Positions 46,735-58,934 of a stretch of DNA of 64,000 nt are shown in pieces. How positions within the stretch are numbered: the first letter of the stretch is position 1; every line of letters begins with the position of its first letter. The stretch lies in contig NIVC01000169.1 of assembly GCA_002269645.1 (NCBI GenBank), positions 650,097 through 714,096 of the forward strand, written 5' to 3'. The DNA comes from Macrostomum lignano (taxonomy: Eukaryota). A program made the translations under genes and the position numbers. Below the pieces are notes generated by a model. That model searched no databases. It had not been told where the DNA came from and saw only the letters and a list, made by a program, of their open reading frames with translations.

Positions 46735-47035
46735 GTTTCAGTTGGCCAATCAGCGCCGAGTGGGGTGGGTGTGAGGCTAAATCTGGCTACTCAGCGAGGA
46801 GTGGGCCGGGTGTGAGGCTACAGCTGGCCAATCAGTGCGAGTGGGTGGGTGTGAGGTTTCAGCTGGCCAATCAGCGCGGAGTGGGGTGGGTGTGAGGTTT
46901 CAGCTGGCCAATCAGCGCGGAGTGGGTGGGTGAGATTTCAGCTGGCCAATCAGCGCGGAGTGGGGTGGGTGTGAGGCGACAGCTGGCCAATCAGCGCGGA
47001 GTGGGGTGGGTGTGAGGCGACAGCTGGCCAATCAA
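46735..47035 (+). repeat. 41-bp CAGCTGGCCAATCAGCGCGGAGTGGGGTGGGTGTGAGG array
   Basis: Reverse complement of the unit at 43555-43920. Confidence 0.9.
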
Positions 47036-47856
47036 AGCGTGCCTTGTATTCGAAATTAGCCATGCATTCAAGCCAGGAACACTACCAGATGCTCAGCGGC
47101 TTGGCCATAGACATTCCAATTGTCTTCTTGTGGGTTGGAGAGAATTTTGGGGCTGGCGGGCAGCCGGGCCCAGTCAGCAGGTTGGTTGGTTAGTTGGTTG
47201 TGAATCTTGTATATGGATTGCTTCCAATCCATGATAAGACAAATCCAGTGACAAATTCGTCCAGTTCAAAGTTTCGAGCAAATGTACTTCAGTATACTTT
47301 CTAAGAAAAAGTCGCATAGAAACTGCACATTGCATATCAGAAACAGCGCAATAGGATGCGATTCCATAAAACAACTATTCAAAACTTCTTTAGCACAAGC
47401 AATAGAAATCGGTAGCGAAGCTGTAAGTACAAGTACATACGCAGGGGGCATTGGCTAGAAATTGCTACAAAAGAACCCAAGCACCGGAGAAACCAAAATC
47501 CGGGCTGACTGTAAAGTGCTGGGTCCGGAACCTCGCAACTACAAAATATTTCTAAATTTTAAATAATTCAATAAAGAGCAGTTCGCACTTATTACAGGTA
47601 TAGTTTTGGAAACGCGCTCAATAAAAAATAGGAATTGTTGCGGCACAAGTTATGAATATGTGCATCATATAGACAGGCGTCGAGTTTGCAATACGAGCCT
47701 ACGCGTTAATACGATAAAGGGTAAGGCATCTGAGTTTTCTGGCGCCAGCAGAAAAGTGCTTTCGCGGGCGCCTATCCGAGACGGTCAGCTTTGCTTGCGC
47801 GAAATAAGTTGCTTTATAAGTGTTTTTTTTAAAAGAAAATGTTCAAACACTTCCTG

Positions 47857-49050
47857 TCAGTTGTAAACTGCATCGGCTGTGGACGTCTCCACCCGCAGCC
47901 CGGAGCCGTACACTCCGCTGTCGCTGGTGCCCGACGGTGATGCCTCCGCCTGCTTTGACGGCTGCTTCTTCGATTCGGACTGGATAGTGTTGCTGCTGGC
48001 GCTGCTGCAGCAGTCCATCTGCAGATCCGTGTCATCGATGTAGCAATAGGTGTGCTGCTCGGCGCCTGCCGGGTCGTACAAGGCGTACACTTGCGGGTCG
48101 CTGCTGGTTGAAGAGGTTGGCCGCAGCGGCTGCGAGATCGGCGGCGGTGGCGGAGGCGGTGGAGGCGGGGGTGGTGGCGGCGTCGGAGTCGGAGGCAGCG
48201 GATCCAGGTAGAAGCGGTGCTGCAGCGGCCCAGCTGGAGTTCGACAAGCGGCAGCTGCGGAGTCGCTCTCGCCGCTCTCGTCCGATCCGCGCTCGCCGAT
48301 GGCGCAGGCGGCGAACACGTGCAGCAGGCTGCGCATCGGCTGCTGCGGCTGCAGCTGCGGCTGTTGAGATCGGCGACCTCGTTGGCGCTGTTGCGGAGTT
48401 TTTGGCCGCCCAGCCGACGAGTTCGTCGTCGTTGTGTTGGTTTTCGTAGATGACTTGGTCGTCGCGGCTGCGGTTGACTGCGGCGAGAACGAAAACTTCC
48501 GGCCAGCCGTGGCGGCGGTGGGGGTATTCGGCACGGAGCTGTGCTTGCTGGCTGCTGGCAGCTGTTTCGACAGTCGGCGAACACTTTTCGGCGTTAGAGA
48601 GGTGACTGCTTCTCTGAGGGTGACCGCGGCGGAGCTGACCGCGACAGTTGGACTGCCGGGCAGCTGCGCGGGCGGCTGTGTCGTGGTCGTAGTCGTCGTG
48701 GTCGTAGTCTTGACCGTCATTGTGGTCGAGGATGATTTCGGCGTCATTAGAGGCGGCATCTGTTGCGGCGGGGGCAACGGCAGCTGCGACGGGGGCGTCT
48801 GCGATGGCTCCGAGTCCGGGCCGGGCGAGGACGAGTCGGAGTGCACCTGCTTCTGCTCCTCGATCCAGCTGGACAGGATGGCCGCGGCCTCCTGCTTCTC
48901 GAGTGCGCCGGCTCTGGTTGCGGATTCGAGCAGGTCCACCACCACGCTGGCTCGGTGCGGGTCGAGGCTCATTGAGTCCGGCTGTCTGGGCTGCGGTGTC
49001 GCTAGCTGACTGAACAGCTGAGTGGTGACAGTTTCGGCTGATTCTGTCAT
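47857..49050 (-). CDS. Uncharacterised S/T/P/Q-rich, largely disordered protein (397 aa ORF)
   Basis: Long GC-rich non-tandem ORF in AT-rich flanks; in-frame TAA lies 9 codons upstream of the ATG; ATACAG acceptor-like site just upstream; no recognisable domain. Confidence 0.6.
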   Translation of the reverse strand: MTESAETVTTQLFSQLATPQPRQPDSMSLDPHRASVVVDLLESATRAGALEKQEAAAILSSWIEEQKQVHSDSSSPGPDSEPSQTPPSQLPLPPPQQMPPLMTPKSSSTTMTVKTTTTTTTTTTQPPAQLPGSPTVAVSSAAVTLREAVTSLTPKSVRRLSKQLPAASKHSSVPNTPTAATAGRKFSFSPQSTAAATTKSSTKTNTTTTNSSAGRPKTPQQRQRGRRSQQPQLQPQQPMRSLLHVFAACAIGERGSDESGESDSAAAACRTPAGPLQHRFYLDPLPPTPTPPPPPPPPPPPPPPISQPLRPTSSTSSDPQVYALYDPAGAEQHTYCYIDDTDLQMDCCSSASSNTIQSESKKQPSKQAEASPSGTSDSGVYGSGLRVETSTADAVYN

Positions 49051-49844
49051 ACGTGCTGAGTTCTGTATTGTTATTTATCCTTTTCTCGATGGAAGCTTTA
49101 GGTGGGAACCGGTCTCGGCCTGGCCCTGAGGTCACTGGCTCGCAGCGGTCCGAGAGACCGCTGCTCGGCTCAATTTTGGAATTGGCCGCGCGGAGGTTGA
49201 GGCGGGCGGGCCCCTGGAACTGGTCCTGCTTGGGCTTATCTCGAGTCCATGCTCAATGTTGGTTGGCTGAGAGATCATCGAATCGCTCTGAATTACTAAA
49301 TTGCTCTCGAATGTTTTGCAATTACGTTGGTACTATGGAGCGAATAGTAAAGATAGTAAAATTTTGGCTATTGTTTTGGCCCTGGCAGAGGGCAGAGTCA
49401 AGTTGAGGTGTCACGCGGTGGAGTGTGGCTCTAAGTGGTTCTACGCTCGTAGTAAAAAAGTCAGTTTAGCTGCTCAAGCAGACGGCAAGATAACCCATGA
49501 GCTAAAGTAGGTGCGAAGATCGGTGACAAGGTAAGGCTAGGAGGTTGGGTGTGTGCAGTTCGTTCTGGAAAACTGACTTCACTAAGAAGGTGTGAAGATT
49601 TTCAGGATAACATGTTAACGTGTTCGCTCGTATTTGGGTGAACTGTAGTATATTGACATGCTGTAGGACACTATCACTCTCACTTGACAAAAGTTTTTTT
49701 ATTGCTTGACGACTGGCTTATGGTGAGACAGAATTTTAAATGGTGAGATACGATAAGGATTATACACGATGAAGTGTTAATTGAGAATTGATGAGCTGAA
49801 AACCAAATCAATCAATCACCAAGTTTACTAACCACTAAATCCTC

Positions 49845-50355
49845 ACCCCAATGAGCAGTGGGCATTAATGAGTAGTGGGCATTCACCTTGATGAGCAGTG
49901 GGCATTCACCCCAATGAGCAGTGGGCATTCATCCCAATGAGCAGTGGGCACCTTAATGAGTAGTGGGCACTCACCTTAATGAGCAGTGGGCACTCACCTT
50001 AATGAGCAGTGGGCATTCACCTTAATGAGCAGTGGGCATTCACCTCAATGAGCAGTGGGCATTCACCTTAATGAGCAGTGGGCATTCACCTTAATGAGCA
50101 GTGGGCACTCACCTTAATGAGCAGTGGGCATTCACCTTAATGAGCAGTGGGCATTCACCTTAATGAGCAGTGGGCATTCACCTTAATGAGCAGTGGGCAT
50201 TCACCTCAATGAGCAGTGGGCACTCACATTAATGAGCAGTGGGCATTCACCTTAATGAGCAGTGGGCGCTCACCTTAATGAGCAGTGGGCACTCACCTTA
50301 ATGAGCAGTGGGCATTCAACCCAATGAGCAGTGGGCATTCATCCCAATGAGCAGT
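49845..50355. repeat. 23-bp minisatellite AATGAGCAGTGGGCATTCACCTT
   Basis: Tandem units. Confidence 0.95.
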
Positions 50356-51293
50356 GGGTGACTGCTGACTGGAAGTTCACCAAAATAAGTAGCTGTTGCC
50401 TGTTAGTAACCCGAATGAGCGGACGGTACGTCTTCGTCCCCAACGAGCGAATGAGCAATGAGTTAGTCACTCCCAATGAGCCAATGAGCACGAGCAGTCG
50501 GCATTCACGCCAATGAGAGGTAACTAATCAATATGGAGTGAATTTGCAGTGAGCATTCACTCCATTAAACCCCCAGAACTCGTAAGAGATCTGTTTACAA
50601 CCTCAAATTTCCGGTCGAAGAAATTTCTAGTTTGTAAACTCTCGGGCTCGTAAAACGATTTTACAAGTAGTTGCCACACATGATTATTGACCCTTATCAT
50701 GCCAACTAATTTGAACTAACCTTAACCACCACTCAAAGGCAGCAAATTAATTGTTTTCTCGCAATACAACGTCTATGTTCTGAAACTAAGAATTATATAA
50801 ATAACAAGTAAATTTAAGTAAACGGCAGAGGCGAGATAAGACGCTTAGTGTGCTCGATAAAGCGCGTTTAAATATGAATAATTTACATTCAAGTAAAGGC
50901 AGGCTCTCTTTCCCACGGATCGTTCTTTCTCTCTCTCTCTCTCTTACCCTCTCACGTCTCTGCGTACACGCCGGTTTTTATTTTAAGGGTTGAATGTACG
51001 TCCCGTCAGTTGGACAAACCCCCCTCCCCCGCTATTTAGAAAAGCAAGCAATGTACATTCAGTCAGTTTGTACGCGCGGGAATGAAATAGACGGGCAGCC
51101 CAGTATGTTCCAAATGGCCAAGTGGACAGAGAGAGAAGCACAAAGCACGAACTAGGAACTAACTAAACCCACCAAGCGAGATAAAATGTGGCGGCGGAGC
51201 CAAATATTTTCCTAGAAACGCAATACGAACTGCCGAAAACTGCCAAAAAAAGTTTAGTTGACAAGGACGCGTAAAAATTAAAACCTATTTAAA

Positions 51294-54200
51294 ATGTCTG
51301 AACAGCAAAGAGCTAGCGGCATCGGCGGTAAAGTCACCATTCTCAGCTCTGGCCAACCGGCTCAGACATCTTTGGAGGGCAGCGGAGCTTCATCAACAGC
51401 AGCAACAACCGTTCCCAAAAACGCAGCTAGTTCTAGAAATTCCCGACGAAAAGTTGGCACAAATTTGGAGAGATCGTTTGTAGATCCAGGCGCTGGGTCT
51501 GCTAGGCAGGCTCAGCAAGGCCAAGAGGCTCAACAGCAAAGACCAGTGCTGAAAGCCGGCAAGTCCGTCACAAGCGCGCCAACTCCCATGCAACAGAGAC
51601 CGATGAGCGATCTCGAAAAGGCCTTCTCCGAGAAGCCTGTACAGGACCAGCGTTGGCTATTGAGCTTCCCTCTGGCTCTGAAGCAATTGTACTTCGGTTT
51701 TGCCGAGTCAACAAACCACGAGCAGACTCTGTTGGCTTTGATTAATCGATTTCCTGAACTGCTTGCTGGCAACGATCAGCACCCGTCAGCTATTCTCATT
51801 GCTATTCGAAAAGGCAACTGGACACCCGCTTTGCACTTTATTGAGGCTTGCATCAAAGGAGAGGTAAGATTGTGTTAAGAATTTGTGGGGTTTTCTGCAG
51901 TTCAGTGTGGGAGTGGACTGGGGTGCTGGGGCTGTGGCTGCAGATCAGTGAGGGAGTGGACTGGGGTGCTGGGGCTGTGGCTGCAGATCAGTGAGGGAGT
52001 GGACTGGGGTGCTGGGGCTGTGGCTGCAGATCAGTGAGGGAGTGGACTGGGGTGCTGGGGCTGTGGCTGCAGATCAGTGAGGGAGTGGACTGGGGTGCTG
52101 GGGCTGTGGCTGCAGATCAGTGAGGGAGTGGACTGGGGTGCTGGGGCTGTGGCTGCAGATCAGTGAGGGAGTGGACTGGGGTGGTGGGGCTGTGGCTGCA
52201 GATCAGTGAGGGAGTGGACTGGGGTGGTGGGGCTGTGGCTGCAGATCAGTGAGGGAGTGGACTGGGGTGGTGGGGCTGTGGCTGCAGATCAGTGAGGGAG
52301 TGGACTGGGGTGGTAGGGCTGTGGCTGCAGATCAGTGAGGGAGTGGACTGGGGTGGTGGGGCTGTTCCTGCAGTTCAGTGAGGGAGTGGACTGGGGTGCT
52401 GGGGCTGTGCCTGCAGTTCAGTGAGGGAGTGGACTGGGGTGCTGGGGCTGTGGCTGCAGATCAGTGAGGGAGTGGACTGGGGTGCTGGGGCTGTGGCTGC
52501 AGATCAGTGAGGGAGTGGACTGGGGTGCTGGGGCTGTGGCTGCAGATCAGTGAGGGAGTGGACTGGGGTGGTGGGGCTGTGGCTGCAGATCAGTGAGGGA
52601 GTGGACTGGGGTGGTGGGGCTGTGGCTGCAGATCAGTGAGGGAGTGGACTGGGGTGGTGGGGCTGTGGCTGCAGATCAGTGAGGGAGTGGACTGGGGTGC
52701 TGGGGCTGTAGTTTCTAGAACTGGAGTCGCTCAATTGAGACACTAACAAACAGCTAGGTTACAAGTTAGTAGGTACCTCCATGCCCCCAGCCTGGTTTGT
52801 GTACAGCCAAATGCGGTATAAAAGCTGTGCATTGAAACTGGGACCTAGATATTAATTTTGACTGGTTGGGAAATAACACTGTTGAACTACTTGTACTCTT
52901 ATTCTGCTAATTTCCTGGAAAACCAAAAGTTTTCGCTTTTGCTTCCCAACTGTGCGCTATTCTTGCTTAGCTAATAACGGTAGTGTGCGTGTATTCTATC
53001 TCTAATAATAACACATTACTCATTCCTCCATTTTCTCATGGTCTATTCCTTCTCTATCCTGCTCCATTCCTTCTCTATCCTGCTCCATTCCTTCTCTATC
53101 CTGTTCTATTCCTTCTCTATTCTGTTCTATTCCCTCTCTATCCTGTTCTATTACTTCTCTATACTGTTCTATTCCCTCTATCCTGTTCTATTCCTTCTCT
53201 ATCCTGTTCTATTCCCTCTCTATTCTGTTCTATTCCTTCTCTATTCTGTTCTATTCCCTCTCTATCCTGTTCTATTCCCTCTCTATCCTGTTCTATTCCT
53301 TCTCTATCCTGTTCTATTCCTTCTCTATTCTGTTCTATTCCCTCTCTATCCTGTTCTATTCCCTCTCTATCCTGTTCTATTCCCTCTCTATCCTGTTCTA
53401 TTCCTTCTCTATCCTGTTCTATTCCTTCTCTATACTGTTCTATTACTTCCCTATACTGTTCTATTCCCTCTCTATCCTGTTCTATTCCTTCTCTATACTG
53501 TTCTATTCCTTCCCTATACTGTTCTATTCCCTCTCTATCTCTATATTTTCAATTTCCACTGTATTCTAGAATCAAGTGGTTACTAAGCAGGCCAATTAAT
53601 TGCCACAGCAACTAAAATTGCCATAATTTATCGGCATATTTCAGCAAACCAGACAGCTCACACAGCGCTGCTCAGGTGCCGAGCGGCGGACATTTCTAAT
53701 TGAAGCTGTTCTCAGAACTGCTGAAGAGAATGAGAACTCTGACATCGGGCCAGCCATGAAGGTGATGACCACCTTGGCTGAGGCTTGCCCTGAGCTTTTG
53801 TCAACCACTGACTCGGCTGGTAAAAACCCGCTGCACTATTGCTCTGAACAGTCTAAGTGGTACTCAACCTTGCTTCTGCCATTGCTGACCGAACTGAGAC
53901 AATTGGCTTTGAATTCTCAAATCTTAGCCCGTCGCCTTGGCAACTCCCTGGCAACCGGAGATTTATCTGGCAAGAGGCCCATAGATCTATTAGAAATCAG
54001 TTCGGCTGAAGGAATAAATATTCAAAAAGCTTTGCAAGGCCTGATGGCGGAGCTGCCTGTCGGTGAGGAGGACCAGGAGCTTGAAGGAGACGAATCGATG
54101 CAGTCAAGTTCTGCTACATCGCTGCTTCTTCCGAGCGGCCCAGAAGCCATGGACAAGATCTGTTCGGAATTGGCTATGCAAAAAAAATCTGCAGAGTTTG

Positions 54201-54379
54201 TGGAGTTGTTGAGTAGCAGTTTGAGTGCAGTGGATCCCCAAGCAATGCTGTTGAGCACAGTGGAGCAGCCAGAGAGAGTGGCGTTGCAGTGGTTCGGCAA
54301 AGCTCAACCTGACGCGGTCAAACAGGCTCTGAGTAATGTGGGACTTGGCGAGTTTTGCGGACTTGTTGATCGACTTTGA
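51294..54379 (+). CDS. Ankyrin-repeat protein (~434 aa, 2 exons)
   Basis: Exons 51294-51863 (GAG|GTAAG) and 53645-54379 (TTTCAG|CAA), phase 0; ankyrin-like AILIAIRKGN, DSAGKNPLHY, DLSGKRPIDL. Confidence 0.7.
51895..52710. repeat. 43-bp G-rich minisatellite GTGGACTGGGGTGCTGGGGCTGTGGCTGCAGATCAGTGAGGGA
   Basis: ~19 tandem units in the ankyrin gene intron. Confidence 0.95.
53045..53540. repeat. 21-bp pyrimidine-rich minisatellite CTATCCTGTTCTATTCCTTCT
   Basis: Tandem units. Confidence 0.95.
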
Positions 54380-55475
54380 CTTTTGCGACGCCAGAAGAAA
54401 AATACTGCAACTCCTCAATTTCATAACTTAAGTGTCCAAAAACAACCCTTAAATAGGTAAAAAAAACACGCAAAATTTCATTCTTGCTTGTGTGTTTTCG
54501 CCAGACCCGGCCGATCCTAATTAACTAGAGGTTTTTAAGAGTACTTAGTGCGTCTGCGACGTTACCCTTAACGATTGTTGTCAATATCAGCGCATATTCT
54601 GATATAATGTCAATAACTTTAATGTTAATGTTATACAAATATAATGTTAAACTTATGTAACCGATTTCGTTCATACTGTTTCACTGAATTAAAAAACAAT
54701 AAAACATTCTTTCGTTTAAAAATTATTGCGAGGGGGTGCCCGGATAGTTTGGGACACTTTTAATCCGCGAGCAAAAACAGATCAAAGCAGCTGTATATTT
54801 TGGTCATTCTAGTCCAAATCGTTAATCGTAATGCCAGCTGATATTCCCAGGGGCGTCGCCATGGATTTTATGTTGGGAGAGACAAAGCCAAGAGTTGTAC
54901 TGTACATGTACATGTATACATGACTAAATTCCTACATGTACATTATTTTCAGAATCTGTGTGTCAGCGTTCATTTTGGCGCCGCAGGCACTCATTTTAGC
55001 GCCGCAGGTACTATATGTTTTGTCGTCCTGAAGCAAAATTATAGATTTCCATAACGGGTCACAAGGTGGGTGAGGGAGAGCATTGGCATGTCCCCCATAT
55101 AGGTTTTATTGGGGGTGGGGTGTGCCCCTGGTGACGACTATATATACCTGTATTAAGTGACAGATTTACTTTATAGAACCTACAATTACTGTCTTTAATC
55201 ATCATCATAATTATCACTCTTCAAAGCAGCGTTCTTAACAGTTCTCCGCCCGTAGCAACACACTTCTCTTCTCATGCAATGTACATGTATTTTAGGCTAC
55301 GTAGAATTACTGGATAGCACAAAAACTTATAAAGAGAGACCCATTCAAGTTCAATAAAATTATTATCGCTGTTTTACAACTGTAGATCCGATAATAAATA
55401 GGTTTCCGCAAATTTTGCTTGCTCAACGGAGGGCGCCAGCTGCAGCATTTCAGAAGCTGAGTTGCAGATCAGCAT

Positions 55476-57876
55476 CTACAGCATGAAAATTAGCGCGTAC
55501 CACACGCAGCTGCAGACGAGCGCAAACGCATTGGACATCAGCAGGCAAAGACCCAAACGCCAAACGAATCCGACAACTCTGCTGCTGAAGTCGCTGACTT
55601 CCTCGAACACCGGAAGGAGGCCGTCGCAGTGGCCGATGTTGGCGAGAGCGCTGCGCAGGAGGTCGTCCAGCAGATCGACGGCCTTCGGACGAGACGCGTC
55701 GACGCTCTGGTTGAAGCGCAGCTCAATCAGACTCAAGTTCCGAGTGAGGCTGTCGAAACCGACTCGAAATTGGTCGAATCGCGTCATCAGCTGACCTGTG
55801 AAGTGTCCGAGCACTCTGTCGCTCTGCAGCGAGCTGAAGTTGTCGCGAAGCTGCATCAGTCCGTCTTTGATGACGGGCGCGCGCTCCGACCAAGCCGACT
55901 GCAGCTGGCCGGCCCACACCATCAGCTCGAAGCCCCTCGGGTCGGTACTGTTCTCGCGGAGGACTCTCCGACCGAGACTCCGCAGCTCTCCGGTCATCGT
56001 CTGCAGCTGAGTGTCGTTCAGACCGATCACCGGCTTCGACAGCTCGGCGATGCTGCCGGAGTTACGGAGTAGTCGGCCGAGTCCACGAGGCGCACAAACG
56101 GTTCCAGCTGAACAGCGAGGTCGGCCACGTACTGCTTCGAGATGAGCGACTCCGAGTTGCGGTTCTCAAGCTGTGACGTCAAACTGCGACGCAGTTGAGC
56201 AATCTGCCGAGAAATCAAGTCCGAGTCGACGAACCGAGTCGAGTCGACCATGCTCAAAAGACCGAGAATCTGAGGCAGCGTTTCTTTGTTAGGCGGACCG
56301 CATCGGCTCAGCATGCGCTGCAAGATTCCAGTCGGCAGCTCTTTGGAGAACTTGAACGGCAGCGGAATGTCCGTGACCGACTCCAGATATCGGCGAAGTC
56401 GGGGCCAGCCCGCGTCTCGCACGAAGGTGTCTAGGCTGCCGTCCAGGTCGCGTCTGCCACTTTCTGTCGTGATCGGCGCGACTACATCTCGTTCAGCGAC
56501 GATCCCGACTGTGAGCACGAGACAGCCGCAGGTGAGCAAGACTATGATGAAAAGCATCATGACAATGGTAAGTACTGCAATAAAACGTTTTCTTGAGTTG
56601 CAACGGTTATTATTCGGTTCTATCTGCCGCCGGTTAATCTCTTTTCTAAGCTCTGAAATGGAGCAAAGGACTGCGGTTATCACAGTCAGAGAAGTTAGCA
56701 CCGACAATGCGAGAATAATATAAACGCCAATCCTGGGATAGTTGGCGTATGCTTCGACATCAGGGCCCGTGACGTGATCCCGCATCGTTTCGCCAAACTT
56801 GGCGATCTCCGACAACCAGGTTTGGAACTCTCGAGACACTGTCCCAATCAGCTGATTCAGCAAGTTCTCAACATACGTGTCCACGGATCCAATCATGTTG
56901 TTTAGCAACTCCTTGGCTTCCCGAAGGCGAACATCTAGCTGAGTTATGTTTAGGTTAAACAGCCGCTGCAACGTCACAACCGAAACGCTCACGTCCGTGT
57001 CAATAGACGACGAGTTCGGACCGATAGTTATTTTGCCGAGATGCTTTGTAAGACTGCTGCACTCTGAACTGTTTGAGGCAAAACTGCCGTATGCGCACAC
57101 AGAGACCAGTGTTCGATTGATTTTGGAATGCAGCTGGTTTAGGATTCCAGTCAGATGTGCCAACTGAGTCAGGACGCCACTTCGTGCTCGAGAAATGGAC
57201 TCCATGCTGCTCATGATTCGGTGCGCAGTTGCCAAGAAAGTGTCTAACAAATCGAAAAGCGGCTTTAGGCTGGAGTTGGAAGCCAGAGCGTTGAGCAGGT
57301 TGGTTGAAATGCCTCTCAACAGGCCCTGGAGCTTTGGCAGCGCATTCCAACGCAGAGTGAGCAGAGTTGAGTTAATTCTACGAACGCTGCTGTCTAAGAA
57401 GACCATGGACTGGTCAACAACGCTAGTCATGGTGTCCTGGACTGAACCGGGGCTCGGCTGCGGACTCTGTTAGTCGTAGAGTTGTTTACCATAGCCGTAG
57501 ATCGAAGCAGTGTCGCTGAATGGTACCAAAATAGCGCACTAAAGGCCATCAGCCCGACAATCGATATGCACATAACGGCGATCTTGACTTTGCTCATTTT
57601 GTATTTCTTGGTTTTTAATTTATTGAAGCAGAAGCACATCAAGACGCAAGACACGGTGAGTACCAAGCAGACTACAGTGGGACAAATTAAAACGTCAAGG
57701 TTCGATTTGAACCAGTCGAAAATTGCCGACCAAATACTTTCGTTGGACGATTTCGTTTCGCCATCACCAATGATGCGGGCGGCGCTTTGCATGCAGAATT
57801 GTATTGACGAATTCGGACATTTTTGTTTATTAAGCTTTGTGTTTTCTCCGGTTGAGTCCTGCGTCTCGCTACTCAT
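55476..57876 (-). pseudogene. PROM: Intronless prominin-like 5-TM protein (~800 aa if two 1-nt frameshifts are repaired); either a pseudogene or an intact gene with assembly indels
   Basis: Three consecutive ORFs (57427-58026, 56027-57430, 55476-56030) give: TM1 with Cys-rich CVLMCFCF; TM2; ~250-aa helical loop; TM3/TM4 with VGIVAERDVVAP; ~300-aa loop with SRC and NIGHC..L..VFE...VVGFVW.LG; TM5. Both junctions need one extra nt. Confidence 0.65.
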
Positions 57877-58165
57877 TGGATATTTATTCAAATATACAAA
57901 ATAGAGTTTGCTGGTGACAATAGCGGCCGCTGAGGAATGCGCTGTAATACACTTATGAACTTGAATTTGAGCCACCCAGACTGTGACTGCTCTTTGAGTA
58001 ACTATACAACTCTTGGTTTTGCACACTGCTTTTATATCTAGCTCATCAAAGCTAGTTTTTCCTGAATTTCAGGAAATTTCGCAGATAAAAAATAAGGTTA
58101 TATGCCTTCATTCGTGCCTAAGAAGGATGGCTATTACTCGTATTTTTCAATTTATCAAAAGATAA

Positions 58166-58934
58166 TATAGCTTTTTGCAGCTTATTTGGGCTAACGCGCA
58201 TTGAATTTAATCCCAGATACATTTGCCAATGTAACGGAGCTGTTGTCTATGGTAGCAAGGCTGCCACAGCGGCATTCGATTTGGTCCAGCAAGCATCTAT
58301 TTGGTCCAAATGCTTGTGAGCCAATGGCAAACTCTTGCCTTCTCGCTCTCGCAACCGCCTAAGGGTTGTTGCGCACCGCTGGAATGTCAGCGTCTGTACC
58401 AGCAATTTTCAGTCGCTTTTCCATAGCTCTGCTGATAGTCAGAATCTGATAACCAACTGGAACTGTTCCTTCAACTGCTGCTGCATTTTCTGCTCCGTCA
58501 ACAAAGGGTTCGTCTCAATTGCATTAAGTAGCAGTTGGACCTGAGTCTCTAGCAACTTGCCGTGGCGATTGCCACCTTTTCACAGGCGACCTATGCCAGA
58601 AGTGGTTTCAACACGCTGATGGATGCTGTAAACCATCTTTCTTCTATATTCAGCAACCTTGCAATGTCCTTTGGGTGTTCACCTCTGTTGAGTGCTTTGA
58701 TCACAAGCAAGTGCCATACGTTCGACAACCTAGCATGGTTCACAATTATGGAGTTGATCTTGCTCCTCCGCAACAGTTGCAAATAAAGCTATGGACCAAA
58801 TTGATGCTTGTTGGACTAAATTAAGTGCCGCTGTGGCAGCCTTGCTACCATAGACAAAAGCTCCACTACATTGACAAACCTATCTTGGATTGAATTAAAT
58901 GCGCGTAAGCCCAAATGGGCTGCAAAAAGCTATA
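58166..58934 (-). mobile_element. Internally deleted Tc1/IS630-like DNA transposon with ~140-bp imperfect TIRs
   Basis: 58166-58310 is the reverse complement of 58790-58934 (TATAGCTTTTTGCAGC...TTTGGTCCA), with TA at both ends. The interior minus strand encodes HTH-like KALNRGEHPKDIARLLNI and LLNAIETNPLLT..ISRAMEKRLKI fragments; no DDE domain. Confidence 0.8.

Noticed and set aside
47174-47374. LRR-like peptide NLSLDLSYHGLEAI
   Set aside because: Single weak motif without flanking exons or a convincing splice pattern
48032-49135. 367-aa overlapping ORF on the minus strand
   Set aside because: Arg/Ala-rich alternate-frame shadow of the GC-rich 397-aa ORF
54847-55140. Possible MITE (CAGGGGCGTCGCCA ... 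CCCCTGGTGACGAC)
   Set aside because: Terminal match is short and degenerate, with no clear target-site duplication
57450-57490. Programmed -1 ribosomal frameshift in the prominin-like gene
   Set aside because: No slippery heptamer at either break; indel error or pseudogenisation is more parsimonious
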